A stretch of 64,000 nucleotides of DNA from Candidatus Scalinduaceae bacterium (GCA_046759445.1 JBHICG010000005.1:40352-104351); one strand, 5' to 3'; positions 1-10,206 are shown, counted from the first letter of the stretch. Made by a program: numbers and translations. The notes: generated from the sequence alone by a model not told the origin.

Positions 1-603
1 TTTTGGGATAGATAGTTCGTCTATTATTTCAAAAAACTCACCATTATTTGTTTCTACATATATTTCCCTCAAACAACCATTTTCAACAATTACCTGATGT
101 ACGGGAAGAGAGTCAATAAATTCGTTTGACAAAAAGCATCCATTGACAGGTTCGAACGTAAATCCATCTGACGAAAAAGACTCCCACTTAATTTTGTCTT
201 CAAATTCCTTTAAGATTCCAGATTGTTTTTTTACAAAATCCTTGCTTATCTCTACAATTTTATAATCTAACTTCTCAAAAAAATCGGGAAATTTATCCTT
301 AATAAAACTGATTATATCGTAACAAAGCCAGCCCTTACCTGCTCCCATCTCCACAACCGTAAAATTACCACTTTCTAAGAGCCTCCACATCTGTTCCAGT
401 TGTCTGGCAATAAGTTCTCCGAATACAGGATGAACGTCTGAACTCGTATAAAAGTCACCTCTTTTGCCTATCCTCTCATTTTTGTAGGTGTAGTATCCAT
501 GTTCCGGATGATAAAGCGCTAAGTCCATAAATTCTTCAAAAGTTATCTTTCCCTTCTTTTCTATTAAATCAATAATAACAGCCTTTAAGTCTGAGTAATT
601 CAT
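1..603 (-). CDS. SAM-dependent methyltransferase, MidA/NDUFAF7 family (partial, runs off window start)
   Basis: Manual translation from ATG at 603: MNYSDLKAVIIDLIEKKGKITFEEFMDLALYHPEHGYY...GDFYTSSDVHPVFG...VVEMGAGKG. These are typical NDUFAF7/MidA motifs. Not in the ORF track because it is truncated. Confidence 0.88.
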   Translation of the reverse strand, partial: MNYSDLKAVIIDLIEKKGKITFEEFMDLALYHPEHGYYTYKNERIGKRGDFYTSSDVHPVFGELIARQLEQMWRLLESGNFTVVEMGAGKGWLCYDIISFIKDKFPDFFEKLDYKIVEISKDFVKKQSGILKEFEDKIKWESFSSDGFTFEPVNGCFLSNEFIDSLPVHQVIVENGCLREIYVETNNGEFFEIIDELSIPK

Positions 604-793
604 AAAACGAATGTTATCAGAAACAGTATCCAGTTTCTAAGGTATAATCTAAAGATTTGGACTTTTTAATATGTGTTATATTGATGTTTAAGGTTCAATT
701 TTTTAAGGCAATAGAAGGATTTGTAAGTCTTTCTTGCAATAGATGTTATGCTTGCATAAATTCATATTAGAAATCTTTATTATTTAGACATAA

Positions 794-809
794 TTGGCAC
801 GACAATTGT
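794..809 (+). promoter_or_regulatory. Possible sigma54 -24/-12 promoter (TTGGCACGACAATTGT)
   Basis: TGGCAC-N5-TTGT, one mismatch at -12 (consensus TTGC), about 140 nt upstream of ORF 947. Confidence 0.3.
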
Positions 810-946
810 TCTAATAAACTTTAGAAGAAGAAAATCATTGCTTAATATCAAATGTTGAAAATTTTATTTCTTCAAATAAAACAGAAAAAGGCAATAAAAT
901 ATTTGATATTAGACAAATTATTAATAAATAATGCGAAAAGGAGGGT

Positions 947-1375
947 ATGAGAGTGTGTAGGATCACAAGATGCGCAATGCTAACCTTCTTTTTAGGGGCT
1001 TTTTTGTTTGGCTTCAATGCTTATGCTGGAAAATCAATTGATTGGCCTGGTTTCGCAGAAGGAGCTGCAAGTCTTGCTGTAATCGAGGGTAAGATAAAGA
1101 GTATCGATCTGGAAAAAATGAATTTAACATTGGAAGATTGTGAACTGTTAGGATCAGAGCCCTTAATGCTATATAAAGGCACCGTCTGCTATATAGGAGA
1201 TGAAAAGACTGACATAGTATCTATTAGAGACGGAACAAAGTTCCAGAAGAAAGACGAAATAAGCTTCGATCATCTTAAGGCTGGTGATTACGTCAAATGC
1301 AATTATTCAATAAAGGAAGGTAAGTTTAAGGCAGTAAGAATTGTCTTGACTACAACATATCTTAGAATGGAGTAA
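947..1375 (+). CDS. Exported hypothetical protein (OB-fold/DUF5666-like)
   Basis: Signal peptide ending AYA; strong RBS AGGAGG; 'EGKIKSID...LKAGDYVKCNY' pattern. Confidence 0.6.
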   Translation: MRVCRITRCAMLTFFLGAFLFGFNAYAGKSIDWPGFAEGAASLAVIEGKIKSIDLEKMNLTLEDCELLGSEPLMLYKGTVCYIGDEKTDIVSIRDGTKFQKKDEISFDHLKAGDYVKCNYSIKEGKFKAVRIVLTTTYLRME

Positions 1376-1402
1376 TTAGTAATAAAAGAATGGGGAGAGA
1401 AT

Positions 1403-1473
1403 AGTTTCTGTTGCCGGAAAATAAATATGTGCCGATATAAATACTCAAGAAATTGTTTCTCGCAACAGGAAGT
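1403..1473. mobile_element. Degenerate copy of AGTWTCTGTTGC-terminated miniature inverted-repeat element
   Basis: agtttctgttgccggaaa ... tttctcgcaacaggaagt; the same terminus occurs at 22085 and 47553. Confidence 0.45.
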
Positions 1474-1524
1474 CCTTATCTTTTATCGTAAGCAGAAAAT
1501 GCTTATTTTAAACAAAGCAATGAT

Positions 1525-1555
1525 AAAAAGGCCTGCATCTATGCGGGCTTTTTTT
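1525..1555 (+). terminator. Rho-independent terminator
   Basis: aaaaaggcctgcat-ct-atgcgggc followed by a T7 tract. Confidence 0.7.
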
Positions 1556-1592
1556 GTACACGCATTCAAAGTGTACGTATATAAAACTTAAA

Positions 1593-1744
1593 GGGGTATG
1601 CACTTGACTGACCTAAAATTTCCATAAGATATTGATCATGCATAACTTAATGGTAATAATTTGACAATCGGCCTAAAACACCTTAACTAATTATTTTTTC
1701 AAGTGCTTACGATTTAATTGGGTCAGTCAAGTGCATACCCCCGT
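1593..1744. mobile_element. MITE, about 150 bp, with perfect 21-bp TIRs and a 9-bp flanking direct repeat
   Basis: GGGGTATGCACTTGACTGACC (1593-1613) and its exact reverse complement (1721-1741); AAACTTAAA at 1584-1592 and 1745-1753; no coding capacity. Confidence 0.8.
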
Positions 1745-1913
1745 AAACTTAAACTACATTTATATACTAAAGTAGTTCCACTAATCTTCTTAAGTTTTGG
1801 ACCATTTATCCAGATAGTTATTCAAAACTGACTTGTAGGTCTCGATTTATATATTTGTACATGTCCGAAAAAATATAGTAATATATCACTCACGAAAAGA
1901 GCATAAATTTATT

Positions 1914-2666
1914 ATGAAACTTACTATTCTGGGTTCCGGTACAGGTATTGTTACTGCAAGGAGGGGCTCTTCCGGCTACCTTGTATGCATAAATGATAAG
2001 AGTCTGTTGATAGATAGTGGCTCAGGGACATTAAAAAAGCTTACAGAGGCTTCTTCAAGTTATAAAGAGATTGATTATGCAATTTATACACATTTTCATC
2101 CTGACCACGTCGTAGACCTGATTTCACTCCTGTTTGCATTGAGAATACCTAACAACGACGTTAATAAAAAGCTGACCATAATAGGACCGACTGGTATGAA
2201 TGATTTATATCAGAATCTATCCAGGGATTTCAATAATTTCATCGAGCCAAGGGGGTACGAACTGGATATTAAGGAATTATTGGAGGGTTATATCGATTTT
2301 GAAGATTTCAAGATTACTTCAAGCCTTGTTAAGCATCTTGATAACAGTGTTGCATATCGTGTCGAATCTGAGGATGGAAAAACATTGGTGTATTCAGGAG
2401 ACACAGATTACTGTGAAAGCATGGTCAACCTGGCAACAGATGTAGATGTGCTTTTGCTCGAATGCTCATATCCAAAACATATGAGGGTAGAAGGTCATCT
2501 AAACTCAACACTTGCAGGGAGGATTGCGAGGGAATCAAATTGCAAAAAGCTTGTGCTAACACATTTTTATCCAATTTGTGATGAATACGATATTTTGGGT
2601 CAATGTAAAGAGGAATTTAAAGGAAAGATAATCCTGGCTGAGGATTTAATGAGTATAGAGATATAG
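1914..2666 (+). CDS. MBL-fold metallo-hydrolase, RNase Z/BN-like
   Basis: LGSGTG, IDSGSG, THFHPDH, YSGDT, GH and LTHFYP motifs. Confidence 0.85.
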   Translation: MKLTILGSGTGIVTARRGSSGYLVCINDKSLLIDSGSGTLKKLTEASSSYKEIDYAIYTHFHPDHVVDLISLLFALRIPNNDVNKKLTIIGPTGMNDLYQNLSRDFNNFIEPRGYELDIKELLEGYIDFEDFKITSSLVKHLDNSVAYRVESEDGKTLVYSGDTDYCESMVNLATDVDVLLLECSYPKHMRVEGHLNSTLAGRIARESNCKKLVLTHFYPICDEYDILGQCKEEFKGKIILAEDLMSIEI

Positions 2667-2730
2667 GCATATACTGGATATCAAGCAAATTCATTTTCTT
2701 AAATAAGCATACCCACTTTAGGAGATAAAT

Positions 2731-2778
2731 AAAAAAAAGGCGCTCTTATGTATTACTTGCACAAGAACGCCTGTTTTT
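2731..2778. terminator. Probable bidirectional terminator
   Basis: A8-ggcgctctt...aagaacgcc-tgttttt between convergent genes. Confidence 0.5.
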
Positions 2779-2809
2779 ACACCTTTGTTTTGATAATGCA
2801 TTAAATTAC

Positions 2810-3157
2810 TTAGTAATAACCTTCACCACGTTGCTTTCTTTTCTTTTTTTTGGGTTTCTCTCGATAACTTTGTTTGGGTTTTTCAGATTCAGAATATTTA
2901 CCAGGTTCCTTTTTGTATGCATTTGCGCAACCCTCACAGCAAAAGGGGATGCTCTTTCCCTCGTGTTCTACCTCTACGCGTTTACCCTTACTATCCACGC
3001 CCTTTCCACAAACTATACATCCATTCTCAGGTTTTTCACCAGCAGAGACTTCTTTAATATCACAATAACTGTCTGCGAATACAATATTGTTTGAATAAGA
3101 TGTCATTAACGCATACGCAATAACAACAATACCTATAATATAACTAGCATGCTTCAT
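2810..3157 (-). CDS. Exported YHS/TRASH-domain metal-binding protein
   Basis: Signal peptide; CIVCG...EHEGKSIPFCCEGCANAYKKEPGKY; Lys-rich tail. Confidence 0.75.
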   Translation of the reverse strand: MKHASYIIGIVVIAYALMTSYSNNIVFADSYCDIKEVSAGEKPENGCIVCGKGVDSKGKRVEVEHEGKSIPFCCEGCANAYKKEPGKYSESEKPKQSYREKPKKKKRKQRGEGYY

Positions 3158-3734
3158 ACGTTCTCTCCTTTAAAATAAAAATGGTGTTTAAATATTTTTA
3201 TCCAACAAAAATCATTATAACGCATTTGGCGTAGCTTACGAAACAAAAAATATTCCTGATTAGTTCCATAATTTTAATACCCAAAATAAATTTACTGACG
3301 TCACTTAACTCTGATCAGCTTATAAAATTCATTTATTGTCTTTTTGCCCTTACATCCGCTACACTATTAAAAGGGCTGTGCCTAACAATTTATCATAATT
3401 AAGGTACGTTAAAAAAAAGGATTTCTGTCACTTATCGTTTACTGAGATGAGATAAAAAATGCGTTTGATTTATGCCATTTGTGCAATTATATTAACACAT
3501 GCTATTTCTGGTTTTGCTATTGGTTATCGAAAATTGGTCATCGCTTGATAAAGTGGAGACAATCTGTGTTAGACGCATATTCCTATTAGTAGAATAATCA
3601 CAAGTAGTTATCGATGTTACGTTACATCTATATCTTGCTATTATTACGTTTATGCAATACCAACGCAGTTTCGCACGTATTCAAATGCAAATCTACTAAT
3701 TCCGACCTGATTTAGTAAAATGAGAAAATAGTTT

Positions 3735-4961
3735 ATGGTTCTAGAATCTACAATTAATTATCAGAGACGCTCGGTCATGTGCTCATTCGTAGTGTGTATG
3801 GGATTGTTGTTAGTGATTGTGATGTCAATGCTTGGATGTGCCATGGTGACTCCTGTGGCAGGTTCACGGCATGTAACACTCATAGCTACTGTAGAGAGTA
3901 GTTGGGAGAGACAGACCCAACAATTAGCTCAGGAGGGAATAATCACTGCAAGTGCCAGGCAAAGCCTGGCATTGGCCGAATTTACCCCCAGATCTGATTT
4001 ATATTGGACACGCTTGGCCATGTGGTTAGAACACGGCAAATCTGAAGGTAAGGCTATCTGTGAGCTAGAGGAAACCTACCGAGTAAATGAAGATGGCGAG
4101 TATACAGTACGCCTGGATGGAGTGGCAGAAGCGGGACCCATACCAGTAGACACGATCGAATATGAGCTTGAAATATCTATTGAAGTTCGTTCTGGCGTAG
4201 ACAATCACGTAATTGGACAGATGTTCAGGACAATTCGCCCCAGGATTGCAACTTTAGAGAGTCAGAGCTGGTTATGGTTGAGTCCGTCGGAGAAACTGGA
4301 TCCACTGACAGTTGAAATGAAAGCAGATGATGAGTATCTTGTACATACTCGACTCGCCCTTTCCGCACGGAGGGGGCTTAGAACTAGTGATAAAACAATG
4401 TCAGTGGATGGAGGGTTTCGGCTGGTGGTTGAACCTATGAGTCAGGTACAGACTAGGGAAGAACTGGCCAGGTCTCTGGCTCAGGAATTGACTGCAATGT
4501 GGTCGAGAGAGGGTCTGGAAATAGCAGAAAATCCTCAACTACAGGATGCTGCACAATCCCTCTCCCGTTTGTTTCTTAATGAGGCTGTTTGGTACGTGGA
4601 TATACATATTCCTCGCGACAACAGATTTGCTTGTTATGAACACGCAAGAATTGTGCGCGAGTGGTACGAGTCTCGTATGCGGCTTGATTCCAACCTGGCT
4701 CGGTGGTTTCGCATGACCACGGTACGGAGGGATACCTTGTTAATCTGGCAGTCCTCTAACTTAATAACTCCAAATGTCAAAGAAGACCCAGAAGGGTGGC
4801 TGTATGACGGAACGGGTATAGTACTTGAACCCAAGATTGGGGCAGCCGGTGACTTTTATGGTCGTTACTTAACGGCAGAGGAGTTTCAAATGTGGGGGAA
4901 ATTGCCTAAACTCCAGCGGACGGCCCAATCGTTCTCACGGAGTGATGAATATATACCGTGA
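3735..4961 (+). CDS. Hypothetical protein, probable lipoprotein
   Basis: 408-aa ORF; hydrophobic stretch followed by a lipobox-like MLGC; no family recognised; looks GC-richer than its flanks. Confidence 0.6.
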   Translation: MVLESTINYQRRSVMCSFVVCMGLLLVIVMSMLGCAMVTPVAGSRHVTLIATVESSWERQTQQLAQEGIITASARQSLALAEFTPRSDLYWTRLAMWLEHGKSEGKAICELEETYRVNEDGEYTVRLDGVAEAGPIPVDTIEYELEISIEVRSGVDNHVIGQMFRTIRPRIATLESQSWLWLSPSEKLDPLTVEMKADDEYLVHTRLALSARRGLRTSDKTMSVDGGFRLVVEPMSQVQTREELARSLAQELTAMWSREGLEIAENPQLQDAAQSLSRLFLNEAVWYVDIHIPRDNRFACYEHARIVREWYESRMRLDSNLARWFRMTTVRRDTLLIWQSSNLITPNVKEDPEGWLYDGTGIVLEPKIGAAGDFYGRYLTAEEFQMWGKLPKLQRTAQSFSRSDEYIP

Positions 4962-5295
4962 ATGGGATACCACTAACCAAGAAATTCATGATACTAGAAA
5001 CGTATTGTACTAAATCAAATTAATTTTAATTGCCATTCTTGTTTATTATTGTTTCATAGCAAATAATTTATCTTACAAATATATTGAATGCTGGTAATGT
5101 TTTTTTGATCCGAAAATAAAATATGGAATCCTCCCAAAAGGTAGTCAATAAACCCACTTTTGCGGGAAACTCAATTTTATATGGATTTGCTAAGTTAAGG
5201 TTTTGTTTGCATTATTTTTTCATTTTTGTAAAATTACACTTTTTTATTTCTATTATTAGAAGAGTATCGCTAAACAGAAAGGTAATTTTAATTAA

Positions 5296-8007
5296 ATGGG
5301 AGTGGTTAAATTAACCATAAATGGAAAAACTTATGAAGTGGAACAGGAAAAGACTATACTTGAAGCGGCAAGAGAAAATGACATATGGATTCCAACCCTT
5401 TGTTATGATAAACGCCTCGACCCATACGGCGGGTGCAGGATATGCCTGGTTGAAGTTGAAGGTGCAAGACAATTACTAACTTCATGTACGACCAGAGTAG
5501 GTGAAGGCATGGTCGTAAATACAGAATCTAAGAATGTTATCAGTACAAGGAAGGGTGTGCTTGAATATATCTTATCAGATCATCCTCTTGATTGTATGAC
5601 TTGCGAGGCTACAGGTTGCTGTGAACTTCAAGACCTTGCTTATACGATAGGCGTCGATGGGCTTAATTATAGAGATGAGGACAAAAGAGGCGGAGTTATC
5701 CCTGATAGGAATGAGCTTATTTACAGAGAAACTCCTAAATGCATAAGATGCGGCCGTTGTGTAAGGATATGTGGTGAAGTCCAGCAAGACCATGCGATAG
5801 AGTTTGGAGGCAGGGGTTTTAAAATGTGGGTTTCGACTCCTTTTGGTGAGTCTTTGCTGGATGGTACGTGTGTTCTTTGTGGGCAATGCGTATCTACATG
5901 TCCAACTGGCGCTTTATTTGAGAAAAAGGCGATGGGCAAAGGCCGTTCTTTCCAGATAAAAAAGGTGAGGACTACATGTGGCTATTGCAGTATCGGATGC
6001 CAGATTGATATTCACACCAATCATAAAGGCATAATCAAAATAACCTCTGAAGTAGGAGTCGTGCCAAACAATGGGAATCTTTGCACAAAGGGCAGATTTG
6101 CATATGATTTCGTTAACCATCCAGATAGGCTTACCACTCCCATGGTTAGAAAGAATAATAATCTTGAAAAGGCTAGCTGGGATGATGCCTATGATGTTAT
6201 TACCAAAAAATTAAAAGATATAAAGTCAAAATATGGTAATGACTCTATATCATTTATAAGTTCAGGACGTTGTACAAATGAAGAAAATTATCTATTGCAA
6301 AAGTTAGCAAGGGCAGTCATTGGTACTAATAATATTGATCAATCAGAAACAGAATGTCATGCAGCAACTTTAGGTGGCCTTAAGACCTCTCTTGGCTACG
6401 GTGCCACTACAAACTCAATCGAAGAAATCACAAAATCAGACGCTATATTAGTCATTGGGGCCAACGTCACAGAAGCGCATCCCATAATAGGGCTTGAGGT
6501 AAAAAAAGCGGTACGAAACGGCACAAAACTAATTGTGGCCGATACACGCTTGATCTGGTTAACAGAGATTGCAAAGACTTACTTAAACCTTGTGCCCGGA
6601 ACTGATACGTTCCTCATCAACACTATAATAAACGTAATTATCAATGAAGGTCTCTACGACGAGAAATTTATAGAGGAAAGAACTGAAGATTTTAAGACGC
6701 TTAAGAATGCAGTAACAAAAAATGAACCAGGAAAGGCTGAAAGTATAACGGGTGTAGCAGAGGAAAAGATTAAAGAAGCCGCCCGAATCTATGCTAATGC
6801 GAAAAAGGCAACAATATTATACGGAAATGGCATAACCCAACACAGGTCAGGTATCGATAATGTAAAGAGCCTTGTGAATCTAGCCTTGCTGACGGGTAAT
6901 ATCGGTAAAGAAGGTACAGGTATAAATCCACTTATGGGTCAGAATAACGGCCAGGGAGCTTTCGATATGGGAGCTATTCCTGAATTCTATCCAGGCTATC
7001 AACCAGTTTCTGAGCGTACGACTCGTAAAAAATTCGAAGATATATATAAAGTATCTTTACCTAAAAATAAAGGCTTACATATCAGGGAGATGCTTGATAA
7101 GGCTTACAAAGGGAAGATCAAGGCAATGTATATTATGGGTGCAGATATCCTGATAAGTGAACCAGATACGACAAGAGTAAAGAAGGCACTTAATAATCTG
7201 GAATTGTTGATAGTACAGGATATATTTATGTCAAACACGGCTCAATATGCAGATGTACTGTTACCGGCAGCTTGTTTTGCGGAAAAGGATGGCACATTTA
7301 CGAATATAGAAAGGCGTGTACAAAGGACAAGAAAGACTGTTTCACCACCAGGTGAGGCAAAAGCAGATTGGAAGATAATTTCTGAAATTTCAAACCGCAT
7401 GGATTATCCCGTGAATTATAATTCACCCGAAGACGTCTGGGAAGAGATACGAACGGTTTCTCTGAACTATGCCGGGATTAATTATAAAAGAATTGAAAAT
7501 GGGGGAGTACAATGGCCTTGTCCTGATACTAATCATCCTGGTACAAAATTTTTATATGAAGAAACGTTTGTCAATGGGAAAGCAAAGTTCTCCACAACAG
7601 AAAGCAAATCACCTCTTGAAAAGGCTGATAAAAACTATCCGTTTATCCTTAGTACTGGACGAACTCTTTACCACTTTAATAGCGGCACCATGACGCACAG
7701 GACAAAAGGGAGTACACAAAAACAACCTTACGCATTTGTAGAAATTTCACATGAAGACGCCGAAGATGCTGGAATAAAAGATGGAGAAATAGTAAGGGTA
7801 ACTACAAGACGCGGGCAGATAACCATATCTGCTAACATCACAAACAGAGTAGTGCCAAAGCAAATCTGGATTCCATTTCATTTTGTAAGCGCACAAGCAA
7901 ATCTACTAACAATAGACCCTTGTAATGCTTCGCATGCGGACGGCAATTCAAGTTCTATGCCCGAGTACAAAATCTGTGCGGCAAAGATTGAAAAGGTACA
8001 ACAATAG
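5296..8007 (+). CDS. Formate dehydrogenase alpha-like molybdo/tungstoenzyme with N-terminal NuoG/HoxU-like Fe-S module; divergent active site
   Basis: 2Fe-2S motif (C..GGCRIC..C), HxxxCxxC motif, two CxxCxxC ferredoxin motifs, CGYCSIGC FS0 motif, EKDGTFTN, C-terminal MopB domain. Confidence 0.88.
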   Translation: MGVVKLTINGKTYEVEQEKTILEAARENDIWIPTLCYDKRLDPYGGCRICLVEVEGARQLLTSCTTRVGEGMVVNTESKNVISTRKGVLEYILSDHPLDCMTCEATGCCELQDLAYTIGVDGLNYRDEDKRGGVIPDRNELIYRETPKCIRCGRCVRICGEVQQDHAIEFGGRGFKMWVSTPFGESLLDGTCVLCGQCVSTCPTGALFEKKAMGKGRSFQIKKVRTTCGYCSIGCQIDIHTNHKGIIKITSEVGVVPNNGNLCTKGRFAYDFVNHPDRLTTPMVRKNNNLEKASWDDAYDVITKKLKDIKSKYGNDSISFISSGRCTNEENYLLQKLARAVIGTNNIDQSETECHAATLGGLKTSLGYGATTNSIEEITKSDAILVIGANVTEAHPIIGLEVKKAVRNGTKLIVADTRLIWLTEIAKTYLNLVPGTDTFLINTIINVIINEGLYDEKFIEERTEDFKTLKNAVTKNEPGKAESITGVAEEKIKEAARIYANAKKATILYGNGITQHRSGIDNVKSLVNLALLTGNIGKEGTGINPLMGQNNGQGAFDMGAIPEFYPGYQPVSERTTRKKFEDIYKVSLPKNKGLHIREMLDKAYKGKIKAMYIMGADILISEPDTTRVKKALNNLELLIVQDIFMSNTAQYADVLLPAACFAEKDGTFTNIERRVQRTRKTVSPPGEAKADWKIISEISNRMDYPVNYNSPEDVWEEIRTVSLNYAGINYKRIENGGVQWPCPDTNHPGTKFLYEETFVNGKAKFSTTESKSPLEKADKNYPFILSTGRTLYHFNSGTMTHRTKGSTQKQPYAFVEISHEDAEDAGIKDGEIVRVTTRRGQITISANITNRVVPKQIWIPFHFVSAQANLLTIDPCNASHADGNSSSMPEYKICAAKIEKVQQ

Positions 8008-8111
8008 AAAGTAAACCTAAAAATAATAATTTTCTAAATTTAATATAATAAGATACATATATATTATATTACCTGTCCTGTTATCCTGTCAAAAAAACAT
8101 TATCTATTATA

Positions 8112-9509
8112 ATGAAAACATATGACTTGTTAATTATTGGTGGTGGCCCTGGAGGTTATGTTGCTGCTATTAAGGGTGCACAATTAGGTTTAAGTGTGGG
8201 GCTTGTAGAAAGGGACAAGGTTGGAGGAAATTGTCTTCACAAGGGTTGTATACCTACAAAGGCCCTGATCCACTCAACACATTTATACGAAATGTGTAAA
8301 AGGGGCAAAGAGTACGGTATAATCATAGATGGCCTTAATGCGGACTTTAGTGAATTTCACAGACGGAAAGAAACTATCGTAAAAAGATTGTTTGGTGGTA
8401 TAGAACATTTACTCAAGAAAAACAATGTTGACGTATTAAGGGGCACGGGACAGATAGTTTCTCCAAAAAATGTTCTGATTAAGGAAGACGATAAGATTAA
8501 AGAAGAATTATCAGTTAAGAATATCATTATTGCAACTGGTTCTTCTCCTGTAGTTTTTGATGGTATACCGTTTGATAAAAAGAGCGTATTAACGAGTGAT
8601 GAGATACTGGAATTAGAAGAAATACCCTCTTCGCTTTTGATTATTGGGGGCGGCGCAATAGGGGTTGAGTTTGCCTATGTCTATAATGCCCTCGGAACTA
8701 GTGTTACTGTGATTGAAATGATGGATGAAATTCTTCCGATGGACGATAAAGATATAGGAAGTACATTGAGAAAGAGTCTTTCAAAAAAAGGCATTAAGTT
8801 CCTTACCCAAACTGCCTTTGACAGTATTGAAATAAAGGAAAATACAACTGAGACAACAGTTAAGAAAAAGGATGGTACAACAGAATTGCTCCAAAGTGAA
8901 AAAATCCTGCTGGCATTAGGGAGAAAACCTGAAACTAAAGATTTGGGCTTGGAAGGACTTGACCTCGAGTTTAAGGGAAAATTCATAGGCGTAAATGAAA
9001 ATATGGAGACAAACCAACCTGGTATATTTGCAATTGGAGACGTTAACGGTCCTCCTCTACTGGCCCACCTGGCATCTGCGCAGGGTTTGCTTGTTGTTAA
9101 TAAAATTGCAGGAAGGGATTTTGCGCCATTAAACAAAAACGCAATTCCAAGGGTAACCTATTCCAATCCTCAGGTCGCGGGTGTTGGTATGAGCCAGGAA
9201 GAAGCCGTAAAAGAAGGTTACGAGGTAAAGATTGGAAAATTCCCATTTATGGCTAACGGTAAGACTCAGATAATAGGAGAAGGGGAGGATGGGTTTATAA
9301 AGGTTATAACTGATGCAGCAAGTGGAGAAATATTGGGCGTGCACCTGATTGGTCATGAAGTAGGGGAGTTGATAGGAGGAATGTCACTTGCTATGAATCT
9401 GGAAGCAACGAATCTGGAAGTTAGCGCCAACATATTCCCGCATCCAACACTTTCCGAGGTTTTCAGTGAGGTCTTCCATGCAATCGAAGGCAAGGCAATA
9501 CATATCTGA
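8112..9509 (+). CDS. lpdA: Dihydrolipoamide dehydrogenase
   Basis: GGGPGG, redox CLHKGC, GGGAIG and HPTLSE motifs. Confidence 0.95.
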   Translation: MKTYDLLIIGGGPGGYVAAIKGAQLGLSVGLVERDKVGGNCLHKGCIPTKALIHSTHLYEMCKRGKEYGIIIDGLNADFSEFHRRKETIVKRLFGGIEHLLKKNNVDVLRGTGQIVSPKNVLIKEDDKIKEELSVKNIIIATGSSPVVFDGIPFDKKSVLTSDEILELEEIPSSLLIIGGGAIGVEFAYVYNALGTSVTVIEMMDEILPMDDKDIGSTLRKSLSKKGIKFLTQTAFDSIEIKENTTETTVKKKDGTTELLQSEKILLALGRKPETKDLGLEGLDLEFKGKFIGVNENMETNQPGIFAIGDVNGPPLLAHLASAQGLLVVNKIAGRDFAPLNKNAIPRVTYSNPQVAGVGMSQEEAVKEGYEVKIGKFPFMANGKTQIIGEGEDGFIKVITDAASGEILGVHLIGHEVGELIGGMSLAMNLEATNLEVSANIFPHPTLSEVFSEVFHAIEGKAIHI

Positions 9510-9562
9510 TAATAAATACCGGTTCGCCTCTTCCATCTCGTAGGTGGAATGGCTGCATTTAT

Positions 9563-10081
9563 TTAAGTAACTTTTTTTCTGCCTTTCATATATTTTTGAT
9601 AACGCTCTATACCGACGCACTGACTTCCTACGGGACACTTTTCAATACAGCTTTCGGGTAAATCACGCTGTATCATTTCCCCACAACTCTCACAGGTAAA
9701 TTCATTCTCGAAGCCAGCTACTGATGCTGTACCATTCTTATGACAGTGTGGACATGTTACGTCTACAATTTCTATCCTTTTTATCTTTTCAGCACCAGGA
9801 CATTGAAAGATACTGGGGTTTTTAAATTCCTCTGTAGAACGCTGAGAAACCTTTTTTACTTTTGAAATGGTTTGGGTGGCTAAAATACGAAGAGACATTC
9901 GCTGTTCTTTCCTTAAGAATTCTTGAAGAGTCTTCATGGCTTCGCTATTACCTTTTCCTATTCTACCAATTTCTTCAAGAGCCTGCTTCACCTTCTCGAC
10001 ATTCTCATTATACAAATTTTGCGAAAGCAATTTAATAACCGCAAAGTCCCCCTCTCCGTTCTCTGTGGTTAACTTTTTCAT
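9563..10081 (-). CDS. HEAT-repeat plus Cys-rich (Zn/Fe-S) domain protein
   Basis: N-terminal helical HEAT-like segment; C-terminal CPG..CPHC..CESC..CIEKCPVGSQC. Confidence 0.65.
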   Translation of the reverse strand: MKKLTTENGEGDFAVIKLLSQNLYNENVEKVKQALEEIGRIGKGNSEAMKTLQEFLRKEQRMSLRILATQTISKVKKVSQRSTEEFKNPSIFQCPGAEKIKRIEIVDVTCPHCHKNGTASVAGFENEFTCESCGEMIQRDLPESCIEKCPVGSQCVGIERYQKYMKGRKKVT

Positions 10082-10177
10082 TATGGAACCAACTTAACAA
10101 GCTCTATTAGAAATGTCAATAAAATCAATAACATATGAATTCTTGAGATGGACAACGCAAATATATGCTCTTGACAC

Positions 10178-10206
10178 TTGACAATTTTATATGCAATACA
10201 TATTAT
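10178..10206 (+). promoter_or_regulatory. sigma70 promoter for the peroxidase gene
   Basis: TTGACA-N17-TATTAT. Confidence 0.6.

Noticed and set aside
6355..6357. Selenocysteine in the FDH-like enzyme
   Set aside because: The ligand codon is TGT (Cys) and the ORF is uninterrupted.
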